From Candidatus Binatia bacterium (GTDB taxonomy: Bacteria; Desulfobacterota; Binatia; HRBIN30): 64,000 bases of DNA. The stretch is from NCBI GenBank assembly GCA_038245295.1, contig JBBRSP010000025.1, positions 1 to 64,000 of the forward strand. Direction: 5' to 3'. Of the stretch, positions 38,496-47,787 are shown in pieces. Made by a program: the position numbers and the translations under genes. Each line of letters starts with the position of its first letter. Within the stretch, counting starts at the first letter, position 1. The notes beneath the pieces are model-generated. The model did not search any database and was not told where the DNA came from. It saw nothing but the letters and a program-made list of their open reading frames with translations.

Positions 38496-40142
38496 TCAGT
38501 GCACGTTGAAATCCACCGACGCGGTGGCCGTGTAGCCATTGTTGGGCAGGTAATAGGCGATGTAGCCGCCCGGGGCGAGAGGCCAACCTTTGCCCGCCGC
38601 AACCTTGGTCATGTCGAGGCTCACCGTCCCCGTTGCGGGAGCTGTGGTGCCGGCCTGCGTGCCACCGATATAACTCCACAAGAGGGTCGCCTCCGCGCTC
38701 GGCAACGTCGCTCCTGACGGCGGGTACGTGTACACCGCGATCTTGTCGCGCGGATTGGTGCCGGGCCCATGGCTGAACGTCACCTGGATCGGGTCTCCGG
38801 CGAGATAGTTCGGCTTGTCGAGAGACAGCACCAACTCCTGGCAACCGCCGCTACCTGCTTCGGGAGCCGCCGGTGGAGTGAGCAGTTGCGGTGATTGGAA
38901 ATCGAACATGTCGAGCATCGCATCGCTGTTGGCATCACGTGCCGTCAGCGCCGGCAGATCGAACAGAGTCTCCAGAAACCGGGGGATCGACGTGTGATCC
39001 TGTACCACGTGCGAGACGTAGTGCGTGCGGGCCCAGGGAGAAATCACTACGAGCGGCACACGCACACCGGCCTCGAAGAAATCGGCATCCTGAGGACGCG
39101 CTATACACACGTGGGCTGGTGGCGGCACGTGATCGAAGAAGCCGCCGGCTTCGTCGTAGGTCCAGATGAGCGCCATGTCGTTCCAGTATCGGCTGGCGCG
39201 CGCGTGTTCGTAGACATTACGGGTCCACTCTTCGCCGCGCTGCATATCACCGGTTGGGTGCTCGTCCTCGACGTTGTCGATGCCATCGACGAAGGTAACC
39301 TGCGGCAGTCGGCCGCCATCGAGCGCGCTGATGAAGTCAGCGAAGTGGCCGGTGTTCTTGTGGCTGTAGTCCCAATTGAGCGTTTCAGAGAGCAGACCGC
39401 CGTCGCTGTAGACGCCCCAGGTGACGCCGGCCTTGTCGAAGGCATCAAAGATCGTCGGTGTCTCCGGCTTCGGGTAACCGTCGCCGGTCGCCGTTACTCC
39501 ATCGGAGGTGCCAAGCAGCAGGTAGTCGCGATTCGGGAAGGTACCGCTGGCGACCGACGGGAAGTGACGATCATTCAGGGCAAAGGTAGAAGCCAACCAA
39601 TAGTAAAAGGGAATGTCGGACTTTTCGTAGTAACTCATCACAAAGCTGCCATCGCCGGTGGTGCTGAGTTTGCCGTTCAAGACGAAGCCGTCCATGAGTC
39701 CGTTGTTGATCGACAGATGCATGGACGCCCACTGATGGCCCGGATCCTGGGTCCAACAGGTCGTAGGGGCACGGAATGGTGCGACGAACTTATTGTGAGC
39801 GCTGGAGGTTGGATTCTGAAAGTCAGCTGGGATCGCATCGGTTCCCGGCTGCCCTTGCTCGTGCAATTTACCGAGGACATGGTCGAAGGAGCGGTTCTCC
39901 TTCATCAAGATCACCACATGTTTGATCGGAATGTTGGCACGCGCCGCCTCGCTGATCCCAAGGGTGTCTGTGACCTTCGCACCACCGGTGAACGTGCAGG
40001 CCTCGCGCGCCGCCTGAAAGCGTGGATCAGTCGGCGCTGAGGCATCGGCGGTCGGCGTGTGGGACTCGCCGTCGTCACCGCAACCACCCAAGGAGAGAAT
40101 CACCAGAACCAGGGGCAGTGATCGACGTAGAAGCTTTCCCAT
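38496..40142 (-). CDS. Phosphoesterase / phospholipase C family lipoprotein
   Basis: IKHVVILMKENRSFDH, TFPNR, DEHP, YDEAGGFFDHVPPP, GVRVPLVVISPW and DHTSI motifs; lipobox LGGC. Confidence 0.92.
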   Translation of the reverse strand: MGKLLRRSLPLVLVILSLGGCGDDGESHTPTADASAPTDPRFQAAREACTFTGGAKVTDTLGISEAARANIPIKHVVILMKENRSFDHVLGKLHEQGQPGTDAIPADFQNPTSSAHNKFVAPFRAPTTCWTQDPGHQWASMHLSINNGLMDGFVLNGKLSTTGDGSFVMSYYEKSDIPFYYWLASTFALNDRHFPSVASGTFPNRDYLLLGTSDGVTATGDGYPKPETPTIFDAFDKAGVTWGVYSDGGLLSETLNWDYSHKNTGHFADFISALDGGRLPQVTFVDGIDNVEDEHPTGDMQRGEEWTRNVYEHARASRYWNDMALIWTYDEAGGFFDHVPPPAHVCIARPQDADFFEAGVRVPLVVISPWARTHYVSHVVQDHTSIPRFLETLFDLPALTARDANSDAMLDMFDFQSPQLLTPPAAPEAGSGGCQELVLSLDKPNYLAGDPIQVTFSHGPGTNPRDKIAVYTYPPSGATLPSAEATLLWSYIGGTQAGTTAPATGTVSLDMTKVAAGKGWPLAPGGYIAYYLPNNGYTATASVDFNVH

Positions 40143-40177
40143 GGGCGCATACCGTAACATCTTGCCCCCGCCGCTGA

Positions 40178-40206
40178 GTGAACTCTCGATGAATCTTTGG
40201 CGAAGC
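40178..40206 (-). promoter_or_regulatory. Pho-box-like triple repeat upstream of the phosphoesterase
   Basis: Minus strand GCTTCGC-CAAA-GATTCAT-CGAG-AGTTCAC. Confidence 0.45.
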
Positions 40207-40232
40207 CTCTTGGCCGCGTCTCCAACCGTCCG

Positions 40233-40805
40233 TTACGAAGGCCACTCGCAGGGAAACCCTCCGTGGACATGCGCTTCGAGGTAGGCGCCGACGACGTAGT
40301 AGAACGTCTCGAGCGCCGGCAGTACGTACCAGTCCTGTTGCGGGAATCGCATCGCTAGGAAGAATCCCCAGATGGACAAGACGGCGCCGACGTACTGCGG
40401 ATGCTTGAGGACGTTGAACGGGAAGGCCTCACACCACGGCACACGGTGACCGAAGCGGTTGCCATAGAAAACACCGACCTTGCCGAGCCGGCGAAAGACG
40501 ATGAGGTTTAGCGACTGCCCGATAGCCAGGAGAACGCCCGCCAAGACAAACACCACGCCTTGCTGCGACGGCGGCCACAACACCCCGGCGCCATGGAACC
40601 AACACCACGCGACGAAGACGCCGAACTGTAATACTTTGAAGAAGCCGAACAGCTTTTCGAGAGCGTCGACGGGATCCGTCAAGCCAGCGATCGACCAACG
40701 TCCGCACCAGGAGGCGAACTGGCGTGGCCGATACCAGACGGCCACATAGGCAATACGCTCGAGGCTGAGCAACCCGGCAACCACAAGGAGACTCTGGAAG
40801 CTCAT
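40233..40805 (-). CDS. PEMT/Opi3-like membrane lipid N-methyltransferase
   Basis: GQSLNLIVFRRLGKVGVFYGNRFG...FPFNVLKHPQYVGAVLSIWG, a plant/yeast PLMT-like signature; multiple TM segments. Confidence 0.85.
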   Translation of the reverse strand: MSFQSLLVVAGLLSLERIAYVAVWYRPRQFASWCGRWSIAGLTDPVDALEKLFGFFKVLQFGVFVAWCWFHGAGVLWPPSQQGVVFVLAGVLLAIGQSLNLIVFRRLGKVGVFYGNRFGHRVPWCEAFPFNVLKHPQYVGAVLSIWGFFLAMRFPQQDWYVLPALETFYYVVGAYLEAHVHGGFPCEWPS

Positions 40806-40862
40806 CGATCAATGCCCTCCATGACGCGGGATGCGTCAACACCACCATTCCATCCGCAAGAA

Positions 40863-40918
40863 ATGTTATCTGCCGACGATGACACGGCGGCGACCGCAGA
40901 TTGATGGTACCGCTACAG
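40863..40918 (-). promoter_or_regulatory. Pho-box-like array with -10 element upstream of the methyltransferase
   Basis: CTGTAGC-GGTA-CCATCAA-TCTG-CGGTCGC-CGCC-GTGTCAT, then 10 nt, then TAACAT. Confidence 0.6.
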
Positions 40919-41038
40919 GATGATGTTCGTGCCGCAACAGCGGCGTGACGGGAGTGTTGCGGCATTAGACTGATATGATTTCGCTCCTCGCGTCCCGGCC
41001 GTTGGCCGGAACCAACTCAGGCCAACCAGCCCTACCTC

Positions 41039-41118
41039 CGTCATTCCGGCGAAAGCCGGGATCTCCCAAGCATTCCGCAGCTTCCAATCGAGGAGATCCC
41101 GGCTTTCGCCGGGATGAC
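41039..41118. repeat. CGTC-type REP doublet
   Basis: CGTCATTCCGGCGAAAGCCGGGATCTCC...GGAGATCCCGGCTTTCGCCGGGATGAC. Confidence 0.8.
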
Positions 41119-41186
41119 AGGTCGGGGTGACAAAATACGGCACCGAGAAAATCTTCGCCCGCCGACAAGATTTGGAACGTTTGCAA

Positions 41187-41326
41187 CGCAGATGAACGCG
41201 GACCGAACCGGAGCAAAGGGGAGCACCCAACAAGCCCGCTCTTAATAGACGGCACCGTGCACGGAGGAGAGGCACGACCGACTACGTTCGATCACCTGGT
41301 TGTCGCACTATCCGCGTTCATCTGCG
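41187..41326. repeat. MITE-like element with perfect 16-bp terminal inverted repeats
   Basis: CGCAGATGAACGCGGA (41187-41202) and TCCGCGTTCATCTGCG (41311-41326). Confidence 0.65.
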
Positions 41327-41458
41327 GATAACACGCCCGACTGTTCGGGCTCCGCAGGGCTCAGGGGGTCTCCGGTCTGCGACCTATGTTGGGTTTCGGG
41401 CAAAGCTCGCGTTGTGGTCTTTGTAGGACTGACGTTCGAAATCGCTTCCAATGTGGTT

Positions 41459-41995
41459 TCAGCTCGCCTCGACGAAACATCTGCGGAGGAGCGCCTCGGT
41501 GCGGGTGCGCGCCTCAGCATCGATGTTGGGTACGGCATCGAGCCGCTGCAGCAGAATTTCTTGGCTCGCCAGTCGGTGCCCAATAGCAGTGCGCAGGAAC
41601 GCGATATCCTTGGGGCGGCCGGCGATCGCCTTCGCGATCAAGAGGTCATGAATCTCGAGGCAGAGGCCGGTAATGCCGCGTGTGTTTGCGTTGTTGATCC
41701 TGATCAGCCTGTCGTGCCAACCGCTGGGCAGCACGGCGGTCGCCTCGCCAACTCCTTGGGCGTAGTAGCCGAACGTCTCATGGAACGGAGATAACTCGCC
41801 GATTGTCCCGTCGATCAGGTCGGCGCGTTCCGGATGTTGCCGCGGATACACGTCGGCTTCGGCTGACACGCACAGATCCTTCGGTGCGTCGGGAAACTGC
41901 CCAAGGATCGACTGGCTGCCGACGACGACGATCTCGTCGCAATCAGCAATCTCGCCAGCGGCGCGCAGGATATGCTCGAGATCGCTTCGTTTCAC
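41459..41995 (-). CDS. DUF6036-like nucleotidyltransferase-fold protein (putative toxin)
   Basis: VVVGSQSILG...SAEADV...IGELSPFHETFGYYAQGV...AKAIAGRPKD; GTGA overlap with the upstream gene. Confidence 0.75.
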   Translation of the reverse strand: MKRSDLEHILRAAGEIADCDEIVVVGSQSILGQFPDAPKDLCVSAEADVYPRQHPERADLIDGTIGELSPFHETFGYYAQGVGEATAVLPSGWHDRLIRINNANTRGITGLCLEIHDLLIAKAIAGRPKDIAFLRTAIGHRLASQEILLQRLDAVPNIDAEARTRTEALLRRCFVEAS

Positions 41996-42330
41996 ACGGA
42001 CCTCCGCCATCGCTCGCCGACTTCGCCCCAGACCGTCCAACGCTCTCGCGGCGACAACACGCCGGCGAACGGAGTCGATTGGCGCAGTTCGTCCCCCAGG
42101 GGTGAACGTTCCACCAGAAACGTCGCGATGGCCGGCAAAGGCCGCTGGAGGATCTCCTGCCACTTTAGGGCGTAGCGCGGGGCTGGGGTGGTGCCGCGCA
42201 CCCATGCGTCGATCCGCTCGCGAGCCCGATCGAGAACTGCCGAATCCTGCAACAGGCGCTCGGCAACAATCTGATGGTAGGCGACGCTGCGCTCCTCGGC
42301 GAGCCGATGGGCGTCGATGGCAACCGGCAT
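41992..42330 (-). CDS. Small helical protein, putative antitoxin partner
   Basis: EERSVAYHQIVAERL...WQEIL...LRQSTPFAGVLSPRER; translationally coupled to the DUF6036-like gene. Confidence 0.65.
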   Translation of the reverse strand: MPVAIDAHRLAEERSVAYHQIVAERLLQDSAVLDRARERIDAWVRGTTPAPRYALKWQEILQRPLPAIATFLVERSPLGDELRQSTPFAGVLSPRERWTVWGEVGERWRRSV

Positions 42331-42499
42331 AGTGCTGCATCCTACTCCAGGCGACGTTGCCGCTCCACCCGTCACATCACGTTTCACCCCCCGGGAGTTC
42401 CTCTCCCGCTTTGGTCCTTTGTGAACATTTGGTTTCCCGCTGCCCATTCGGGCGGAACCCAGGCTATGGATGGGCGTCGGATCGACGCGGCCGACTTCC

Positions 42500-43795
42500 A
42501 TGAAACGGCGACAAGTCTGGCAGGCTCTGACCGTCTCCCTCCTGGTGACCGGCTACTCCGGGTACTACCTGTGCCGCTCGAATCTCTCCGTTGCGATGCC
42601 GTTGATCCTCGATGAGTTGGTGGCGCAGGGGTGGACGCGCGAGGTGGCGACCGTGCGTCTGGGCTCGCTGGTCTCTGTGGGAACCCTGGCATACGCGCTC
42701 GGCAAGTTCGTCAGCGGCATGCTTGCCGACCGGTTCGGCGGACGCACCAACTTCCTCGGCGGCATGCTCGGTTCGGTCGTCATGACCGTTCTCTTCGCAC
42801 TCGGCGGCGGCTTTCCCTTGTTCACGACCGCGTGGATCCTCAACCGCTTCGTGCAGTCGCTCGGCTGGGTCGGCATGGTGAAACTCACGTCGCGCTGGTT
42901 CAGCTACTCGTCCTACGGCGCCGCCATGGGTGTCATCAGCCTGAGCTACCTGTTCGGCGACGCCCTGGCGCGTCGCTTCATGGGCGATCTGATCAACGCC
43001 GGATATGGTTGGCGCGGCGTGTTCGCGATTGCGGCCGGCACACTGGGCTCGATTTTCCTCGTTGCGTTGGCGCTCTTGCGTGAGTCACCCGCGGCCATCG
43101 GCGAAGCGGAAGGTGAGGCAAGCCCACATGCGCTGGCGGTGCCGTTCGAGGAGCATGCATCCGACGGATGGCGGGCGTCGCTGCGGCCTCTGCTGCGACA
43201 TCCCACATTCCTCTCGATCTGCTTGCTATCGCTGGCCCTGACGATCGTGCGCGAAACGTTCAACACCTGGACCCCAACGTATTTTCGCGACGGACTTGGA
43301 TACACGGCAGCCGCGGCGGCCAACGCCAGCGCCTGGTTTCCGCTTGCCGGCGGCATATCGGTTCTGCTCGCGGGGTATGCGTCGGACCGTCTAGGCGGGC
43401 GCGGACGCGCCATCATCATCACTTTCGGCCTGGCAACGGCAACTGTCGCCTTGCTGCTGCTGGGCAGCACCGAGGCCGCGGGCCTGGCGGTCTCGCCCGT
43501 GCTGTTGGTCGCAACAATCGCCTTCCTGTTACTCGGCCCCTACTCCTACCTGGCCGGCGCGATCGCCCTCGATCTCGGCGGCAAACGCAGCGCCGCCTCG
43601 GCCGCCGGGTTCATCGATGGCGTCGGGTATCTCGGCGGGATGCTCGCCGGCGACACGATGGCGCGTATTGGCGTGGGCTTTGGTTGGCAAGGCGTATTCC
43701 GAACCCTGGCGCTCCTGACCGCGGCGGGTGCGGTAGCCGGGGGCTTCTATCTGCGCAGCGTCAACGAGGCGGCACCGTCTTCGCCCCCACATTGA
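42500..43795 (+). CDS. MFS transporter, organophosphate:Pi antiporter (GlpT/UhpT-like)
   Basis: YSGYYLCRSNLSVAMP, AYALGKF, TWTPTYF and AAGFIDGVGYLG motifs; about 12 TM segments. Confidence 0.85.
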   Translation: MKRRQVWQALTVSLLVTGYSGYYLCRSNLSVAMPLILDELVAQGWTREVATVRLGSLVSVGTLAYALGKFVSGMLADRFGGRTNFLGGMLGSVVMTVLFALGGGFPLFTTAWILNRFVQSLGWVGMVKLTSRWFSYSSYGAAMGVISLSYLFGDALARRFMGDLINAGYGWRGVFAIAAGTLGSIFLVALALLRESPAAIGEAEGEASPHALAVPFEEHASDGWRASLRPLLRHPTFLSICLLSLALTIVRETFNTWTPTYFRDGLGYTAAAAANASAWFPLAGGISVLLAGYASDRLGGRGRAIIITFGLATATVALLLLGSTEAAGLAVSPVLLVATIAFLLLGPYSYLAGAIALDLGGKRSAASAAGFIDGVGYLGGMLAGDTMARIGVGFGWQGVFRTLALLTAAGAVAGGFYLRSVNEAAPSSPPH

Positions 43796-44849
43796 GAGCG
43801 ACACGGTAGGCCGTCATGTCGATGCCCTGGGCGGCATAACGCGCCGCCACGGCGTCGATGGTTTCGACAGTCCAGTAGGCGTGGCCGGGGGGCGGGAAGC
43901 CGAGGACTGTGCGCTGCTCAACGGAAGCATCGGCGATGAGCCGCTCCATCACTCGAGACGGCCGATACATGGCCCATGCCCAGCCCGGGCTGAGAGTGCT
44001 GATCCATTCACTCTCCGCCTTTCGGAACGTCATATTCATCGTCAGTCGCAGCGCCCCGAGGTCGATCGGCGTGCCGCGATGCCAGATGTCGTGGCGATAA
44101 AAAAGAACGCTGCCGTTGCGGTACTTCACCGGACGCTCGCGCCGATACAGATGCGTGGCGCGCCACGCGGCCACCGCCGGCGCTCGTTCGGCCAGAGTCG
44201 CCTCGGCCGTGGCGCGGTCATTGATCCACTCATGCTCGCCGACGCCAGGCATGTTTACCATCGGCCAGGCGTACGCCGGGTCGTCGTCGCCGCGACGCGG
44301 AACCACCGCAGTGGCCCCACCGCACGATTCGACGTCACTCAGGTAGAGGAGAATCTCGACAGCTTCGGGCCGCTCCCACGGCGGCGGATGTGTCAGATAG
44401 TGGTTCGGATAGTCGAGGTGCATGCGCTGGTCGGCGTTGTCGCCACTGCCTCCGGTGCGCTCGTGCCGGCCATACTTCGGCCACAGGTCGGACTGCGTCA
44501 GCCGCAGCCGCCGCACATCGACGTCGAGCAACTGCGCTACGGCGCGCAGCAGCCGCGGATGTAGGGTTAGCGCGTTGGCGGCGGCGCTCTCCGACGGGAA
44601 CGCCATCTTCCCCGAACTTCCGAAATCGGTGACGTGCTCCGCCTCGCCGCTTCCAGCGTTCGGAAACAACGCCAATGAGTCGGCGCGCGCCTGGGCCAGG
44701 AGCTCCGCCGGCAACACCCCGTCGACAAACGCGAAGCCGTGGCGGCGCCATGAGGCCACCTGGCCCGATGTCAGTACTCCCCCTGCGCCACTGGTCTCAG
44801 GCAGACAGGGAGCTGGATCTATCCAATTGCGCGAGGGCGAAATGTCCAT
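43761..44849 (-). CDS. Phytanoyl-CoA dioxygenase-family Fe(II)/2OG oxygenase
   Basis: HLD...WHRGT...R facial triad; GFAFVDGV; AAAGGAG upstream. Confidence 0.8.
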   Translation of the reverse strand: MDISPSRNWIDPAPCLPETSGAGGVLTSGQVASWRRHGFAFVDGVLPAELLAQARADSLALFPNAGSGEAEHVTDFGSSGKMAFPSESAAANALTLHPRLLRAVAQLLDVDVRRLRLTQSDLWPKYGRHERTGGSGDNADQRMHLDYPNHYLTHPPPWERPEAVEILLYLSDVESCGGATAVVPRRGDDDPAYAWPMVNMPGVGEHEWINDRATAEATLAERAPAVAAWRATHLYRRERPVKYRNGSVLFYRHDIWHRGTPIDLGALRLTMNMTFRKAESEWISTLSPGWAWAMYRPSRVMERLIADASVEQRTVLGFPPPGHAYWTVETIDAVAARYAAQGIDMTAYRVALNVGAKTVPPR

Positions 44850-45244
44850 AACAGTGTCGTCATTTGGCTGCTCCTTTCGATGGGTGAACGGTAACACCCT
44901 CGGATGACAGCCAGGTGCGGACCGTGCGAACGCTGTGTGACGTGGGACGTACACGTCGCACGCCGTCCTGCAACGGTCCAGCCACGCTATTGTCTTGATG
45001 AAAGACGCGTCAGCCCCCGAACGGAAAGCGCACAGCCGCAGGCTCATGCGGTACAGTTTCGCGCTTGCAAGCTCGACGGAACCGACAACGCTGGTTCGGG
45101 GGGCACCGCTGACATCATGGTCGCCGCCTGATGGTCATGTCGGTCACTGGACATACGATTCGCACGCGGCTTGCTGTTACCAAGTCCACCCCGCCATGGC
45201 GAGGTAGCCGGTATGCCTATCGCAAGAGTTCGCGGTTTCGAAAC

Positions 45245-45625
45245 CTAACTGTAATGTGCCTCCGTACTCAGCAACTCGACGATCGCGGCCACGTCAACCG
45301 GACCGTACGTGATGGCGTCGGCTCCCATGCGCAGGGCCAGGCGCTGCGCCGCCAATTCCTCCCAGACCAATCGTGCCACCAGGCGGACGTCGGCGCGCCG
45401 CATCCCTAGGCTCAGATGCAGATTGTGCAGAATCTCGTAACCATCCGCTCCGCAGAGCTCGAAGTCCAGAACCACGATCACGTAGTTCCTCATCTCAGCC
45501 CGCATCCAGGGATCCGGCGGCACGACCGCGACACCGCGAGTCCGGCCCAGCTGTGCGGCAATGGTTGCGGTGATGTCTTCGCGACGCGATGGAGCCAAGC
45601 TTGTCACGTCATAACCCTCCTGCAC
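45245..45625 (-). CDS. Degenerate single-domain response regulator receiver
   Basis: VVLDFELCGADGYEIL...ALRMGADAITYGP; lacks the conserved Lys. Confidence 0.55.
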   Translation of the reverse strand: MQEGYDVTSLAPSRREDITATIAAQLGRTRGVAVVPPDPWMRAEMRNYVIVVLDFELCGADGYEILHNLHLSLGMRRADVRLVARLVWEELAAQRLALRMGADAITYGPVDVAAIVELLSTEAHYS

Positions 45626-45773
45626 GCACTAATACTCACCGACGTTGACGCTACGATTGCAGGGGGATGAACCTGTGACACTAATGTCGCCGCCTACTCG
45701 CTCCATCGTTGCACGCCGTGTAGGAGCGAAGTGGGTGAACGGTGATGAATCACCACACCCCGAGGGAACGACC

Positions 45774-46205
45774 ATGAGAATCATGGGAAAGCGAAAGCGC
45801 ATCGCGCTGATCGCACACGATAACCGGAAGGCAGACCTCCTCGACTGGGCGCGCTACAACCGCGACACCCTGGCGCGACACGATCTCTTCGCCACCGGCA
45901 CCACCGGTGGATTGCTGGCGCGCGAGCTCGGCCTGGAGGTCACCCGCTACTTGAGCGGCCCTCTGGGTGGCGACCAGCAAGTCGGCGCCGGCATTGCCGA
46001 AGGTCGCATCGATATCGTCATCTTCTTCTGGGATCCGCTCGAGCCCCATCCACACGACGTCGATGTAAAGGCGCTATTGCGGATCGCCGTCGTCTACAAC
46101 ACGCCGATCGCGTGCAACCGCTCCACCGCCGACTTCGTCTTGTCGAATCCTCTCATGGACGAGGAGTACTCGCGTTGGATGTTTGATCAGACCAGCGGAT
46201 CGTAG
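45774..46205 (+). CDS. mgsA: Methylglyoxal synthase
   Basis: IALIAHD, ATGTTG, SGPLGGDQQ, FFWDPL and PHDVDVKALLR motifs. Confidence 0.96.
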   Translation: MRIMGKRKRIALIAHDNRKADLLDWARYNRDTLARHDLFATGTTGGLLARELGLEVTRYLSGPLGGDQQVGAGIAEGRIDIVIFFWDPLEPHPHDVDVKALLRIAVVYNTPIACNRSTADFVLSNPLMDEEYSRWMFDQTSGS

Positions 46206-46273
46206 ATTCAGCGCGCCCCAAGACACAGATACGCTCCATCAACACGCAGTCAGACGACCCGAACCCGCCGCTC

Positions 46274-46418
46274 GCCCTGAGGAGCGGCCTCCTGAGGAGG
46301 CACCTTCCGTTGGTGCCGTCTCGAAGGCATTTTAGGCCGCGTCTCGAAGGGTACTCCGCCGGGCCCAAGCTTGCTTCTAGAGCCCTTCGAGACAGCCCCG
46401 AAAAAACGGGGCCTCCTG
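46274..46418. repeat. REP-like cluster (CGTCTCGAAGG/CCTTCGAGAC family)
   Basis: CCTGAGGAG twice, CGTCTCGAAGG twice, and inverted CCCTTCGAGAC. Confidence 0.65.
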
Positions 46419-46436
46419 CCCATGAACCCCGGTTAA

Positions 46437-46551
46437 TCGGTTCTCGTTCTGGATTCTGGGTTCGCGGTTCTCCATGCGTTCCGACTGCTCACAGGACTCA
46501 CCGGCCCAACGCATCGAGAATGGAAAATCGAGAACCCAGAACGAGAAGCGG
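46437..46551. repeat. Inverted 6-7-mer tandem repeats
   Basis: GGTTCTC-GTTCTG-GATTCTG-GGTTCGC-GGTTCTC ... GAGAATG-GAAAATC-GAGAACC-CAGAAC-GAGAAGC. Confidence 0.65.
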
Positions 46552-46728
46552 CCATCCAAACTCGATGAGCATCCGTTCAAGGACTCGCTAAGCCGGCTCT
46601 TCCGCCGGTCGGGTTCTCCGGGCGAACGGGCTTTGTTGCTCCACAGGTATGGAGCTTTGGTTCGTCGACCTACCCGGCGGTCCGGGGGCACTTCCATCGT
46701 GCGCCCAACTGGGCGAGAACAGCGAGCG

Positions 46729-47727
46729 ATGGCGGACCCAACAATCGACCTGCGCCCTTTCCTACGCGACGTGCAGACGATTGTTCAGCGCCACGAATTG
46801 TCGAGACCCGGCGCCTATTGCCGCTGGCTTGGTGAAGATCGTAGCCGCGAGTCCAACCCCTACGGCTGCGCCGACGCCGCTAACCTTCTCTACACACTGG
46901 GTTCATTTCCGGAACGCACCGCGTGGGACGCGTGGACGGCGGAGTTGCAACGCTTCCAAGATGCCGGAGACGGTCTCTTTCACGAATCAACCCACGATCC
47001 GCTGCACACGACGGCACACGTTGCCGGCGCGTTGCAACTGTTCGAGGCGCGGCCGGCGCACCGCCTGGTGGCACTCGACCCGTGGAAGGAGCCTGCGGCC
47101 GTTGATCGCTTCCTCGGCCAATTGGATTGGAGCTGGAATCCATGGGGCGGGTCGCATCGCGGCGACGGACTGTTCGCCGCCCTGGTCCTCGCCGGAGAAG
47201 TCGGAGCAGATTGGGAGGAGCGCTACTTTTCCTGGCTGGCGAACGAAGCGGATCCACAGACGGGATTCTGGCGACGCGGCCACGTCGCGGTCGGCGGTGA
47301 GGCGATTCTCTTCCATCACCTGGCCGGCTCGTTCCACTACCTGTTCAACCACGAATACCGCCGACGGCCGTTGCGCTACCCCGAGGCGATGCTCGACTCC
47401 TGCCTGCGCATCCGTCGCGACGGCCTGTTCCCGCCGCTCGGTTTGACTGTCGGGTTCGCCGAGCTCGACTGGATCTACTGCGTACACCGCGCGGCACGAC
47501 AGTGCCCGACGCGTTTACACGAGGCGCGCCACGCGCTCGCTCAATTCGCCAGTGCCTACACATCCTACCTCTTCACGCTCGATGCCTGCGATGATCCCGG
47601 TCTGAACGACTTGCACCAGCTTCTCGGCGCTGTCAGCGCTCTTGCGGAGCTGCAGCAGGTGCTACCGGACCTCCTGCGCTCGGAGCAGCCGCTGCGCCTT
47701 GTACTCGATCGGCGGCCATTCGCTTGA
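46729..47727 (+). CDS. Hypothetical protein, possibly an (alpha/alpha) barrel
   Basis: Coding-like ORF with QD-x-x-DGLF and DPQTGFW repeats; His-rich; ends in the motif LDRRPF. Confidence 0.7.
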   Translation: MADPTIDLRPFLRDVQTIVQRHELSRPGAYCRWLGEDRSRESNPYGCADAANLLYTLGSFPERTAWDAWTAELQRFQDAGDGLFHESTHDPLHTTAHVAGALQLFEARPAHRLVALDPWKEPAAVDRFLGQLDWSWNPWGGSHRGDGLFAALVLAGEVGADWEERYFSWLANEADPQTGFWRRGHVAVGGEAILFHHLAGSFHYLFNHEYRRRPLRYPEAMLDSCLRIRRDGLFPPLGLTVGFAELDWIYCVHRAARQCPTRLHEARHALAQFASAYTSYLFTLDACDDPGLNDLHQLLGAVSALAELQQVLPDLLRSEQPLRLVLDRRPFA

Positions 47728-47787
47728 GTCAGATTGGGCGCGGCACGAGCGGGATCAGACGGGCATGATGAAGCAAGGTGCGATCCT

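Noticed and set aside
42369..42387. CCGTCAC...GTTTCAC upstream of the GlpT-like gene as a Pho box
   Set aside because: The spacing is 12 bp, not 11.
44919..44979. Imperfect hairpin upstream of the dioxygenase as a possible riboswitch
   Set aside because: No recognisable aptamer consensus; it cannot be supported without an Rfam search.
46274..46551. Possible CRISPR array in the repeat-rich spacer
   Set aside because: No constant-length direct repeats with unique spacers, and no cas genes in the window.
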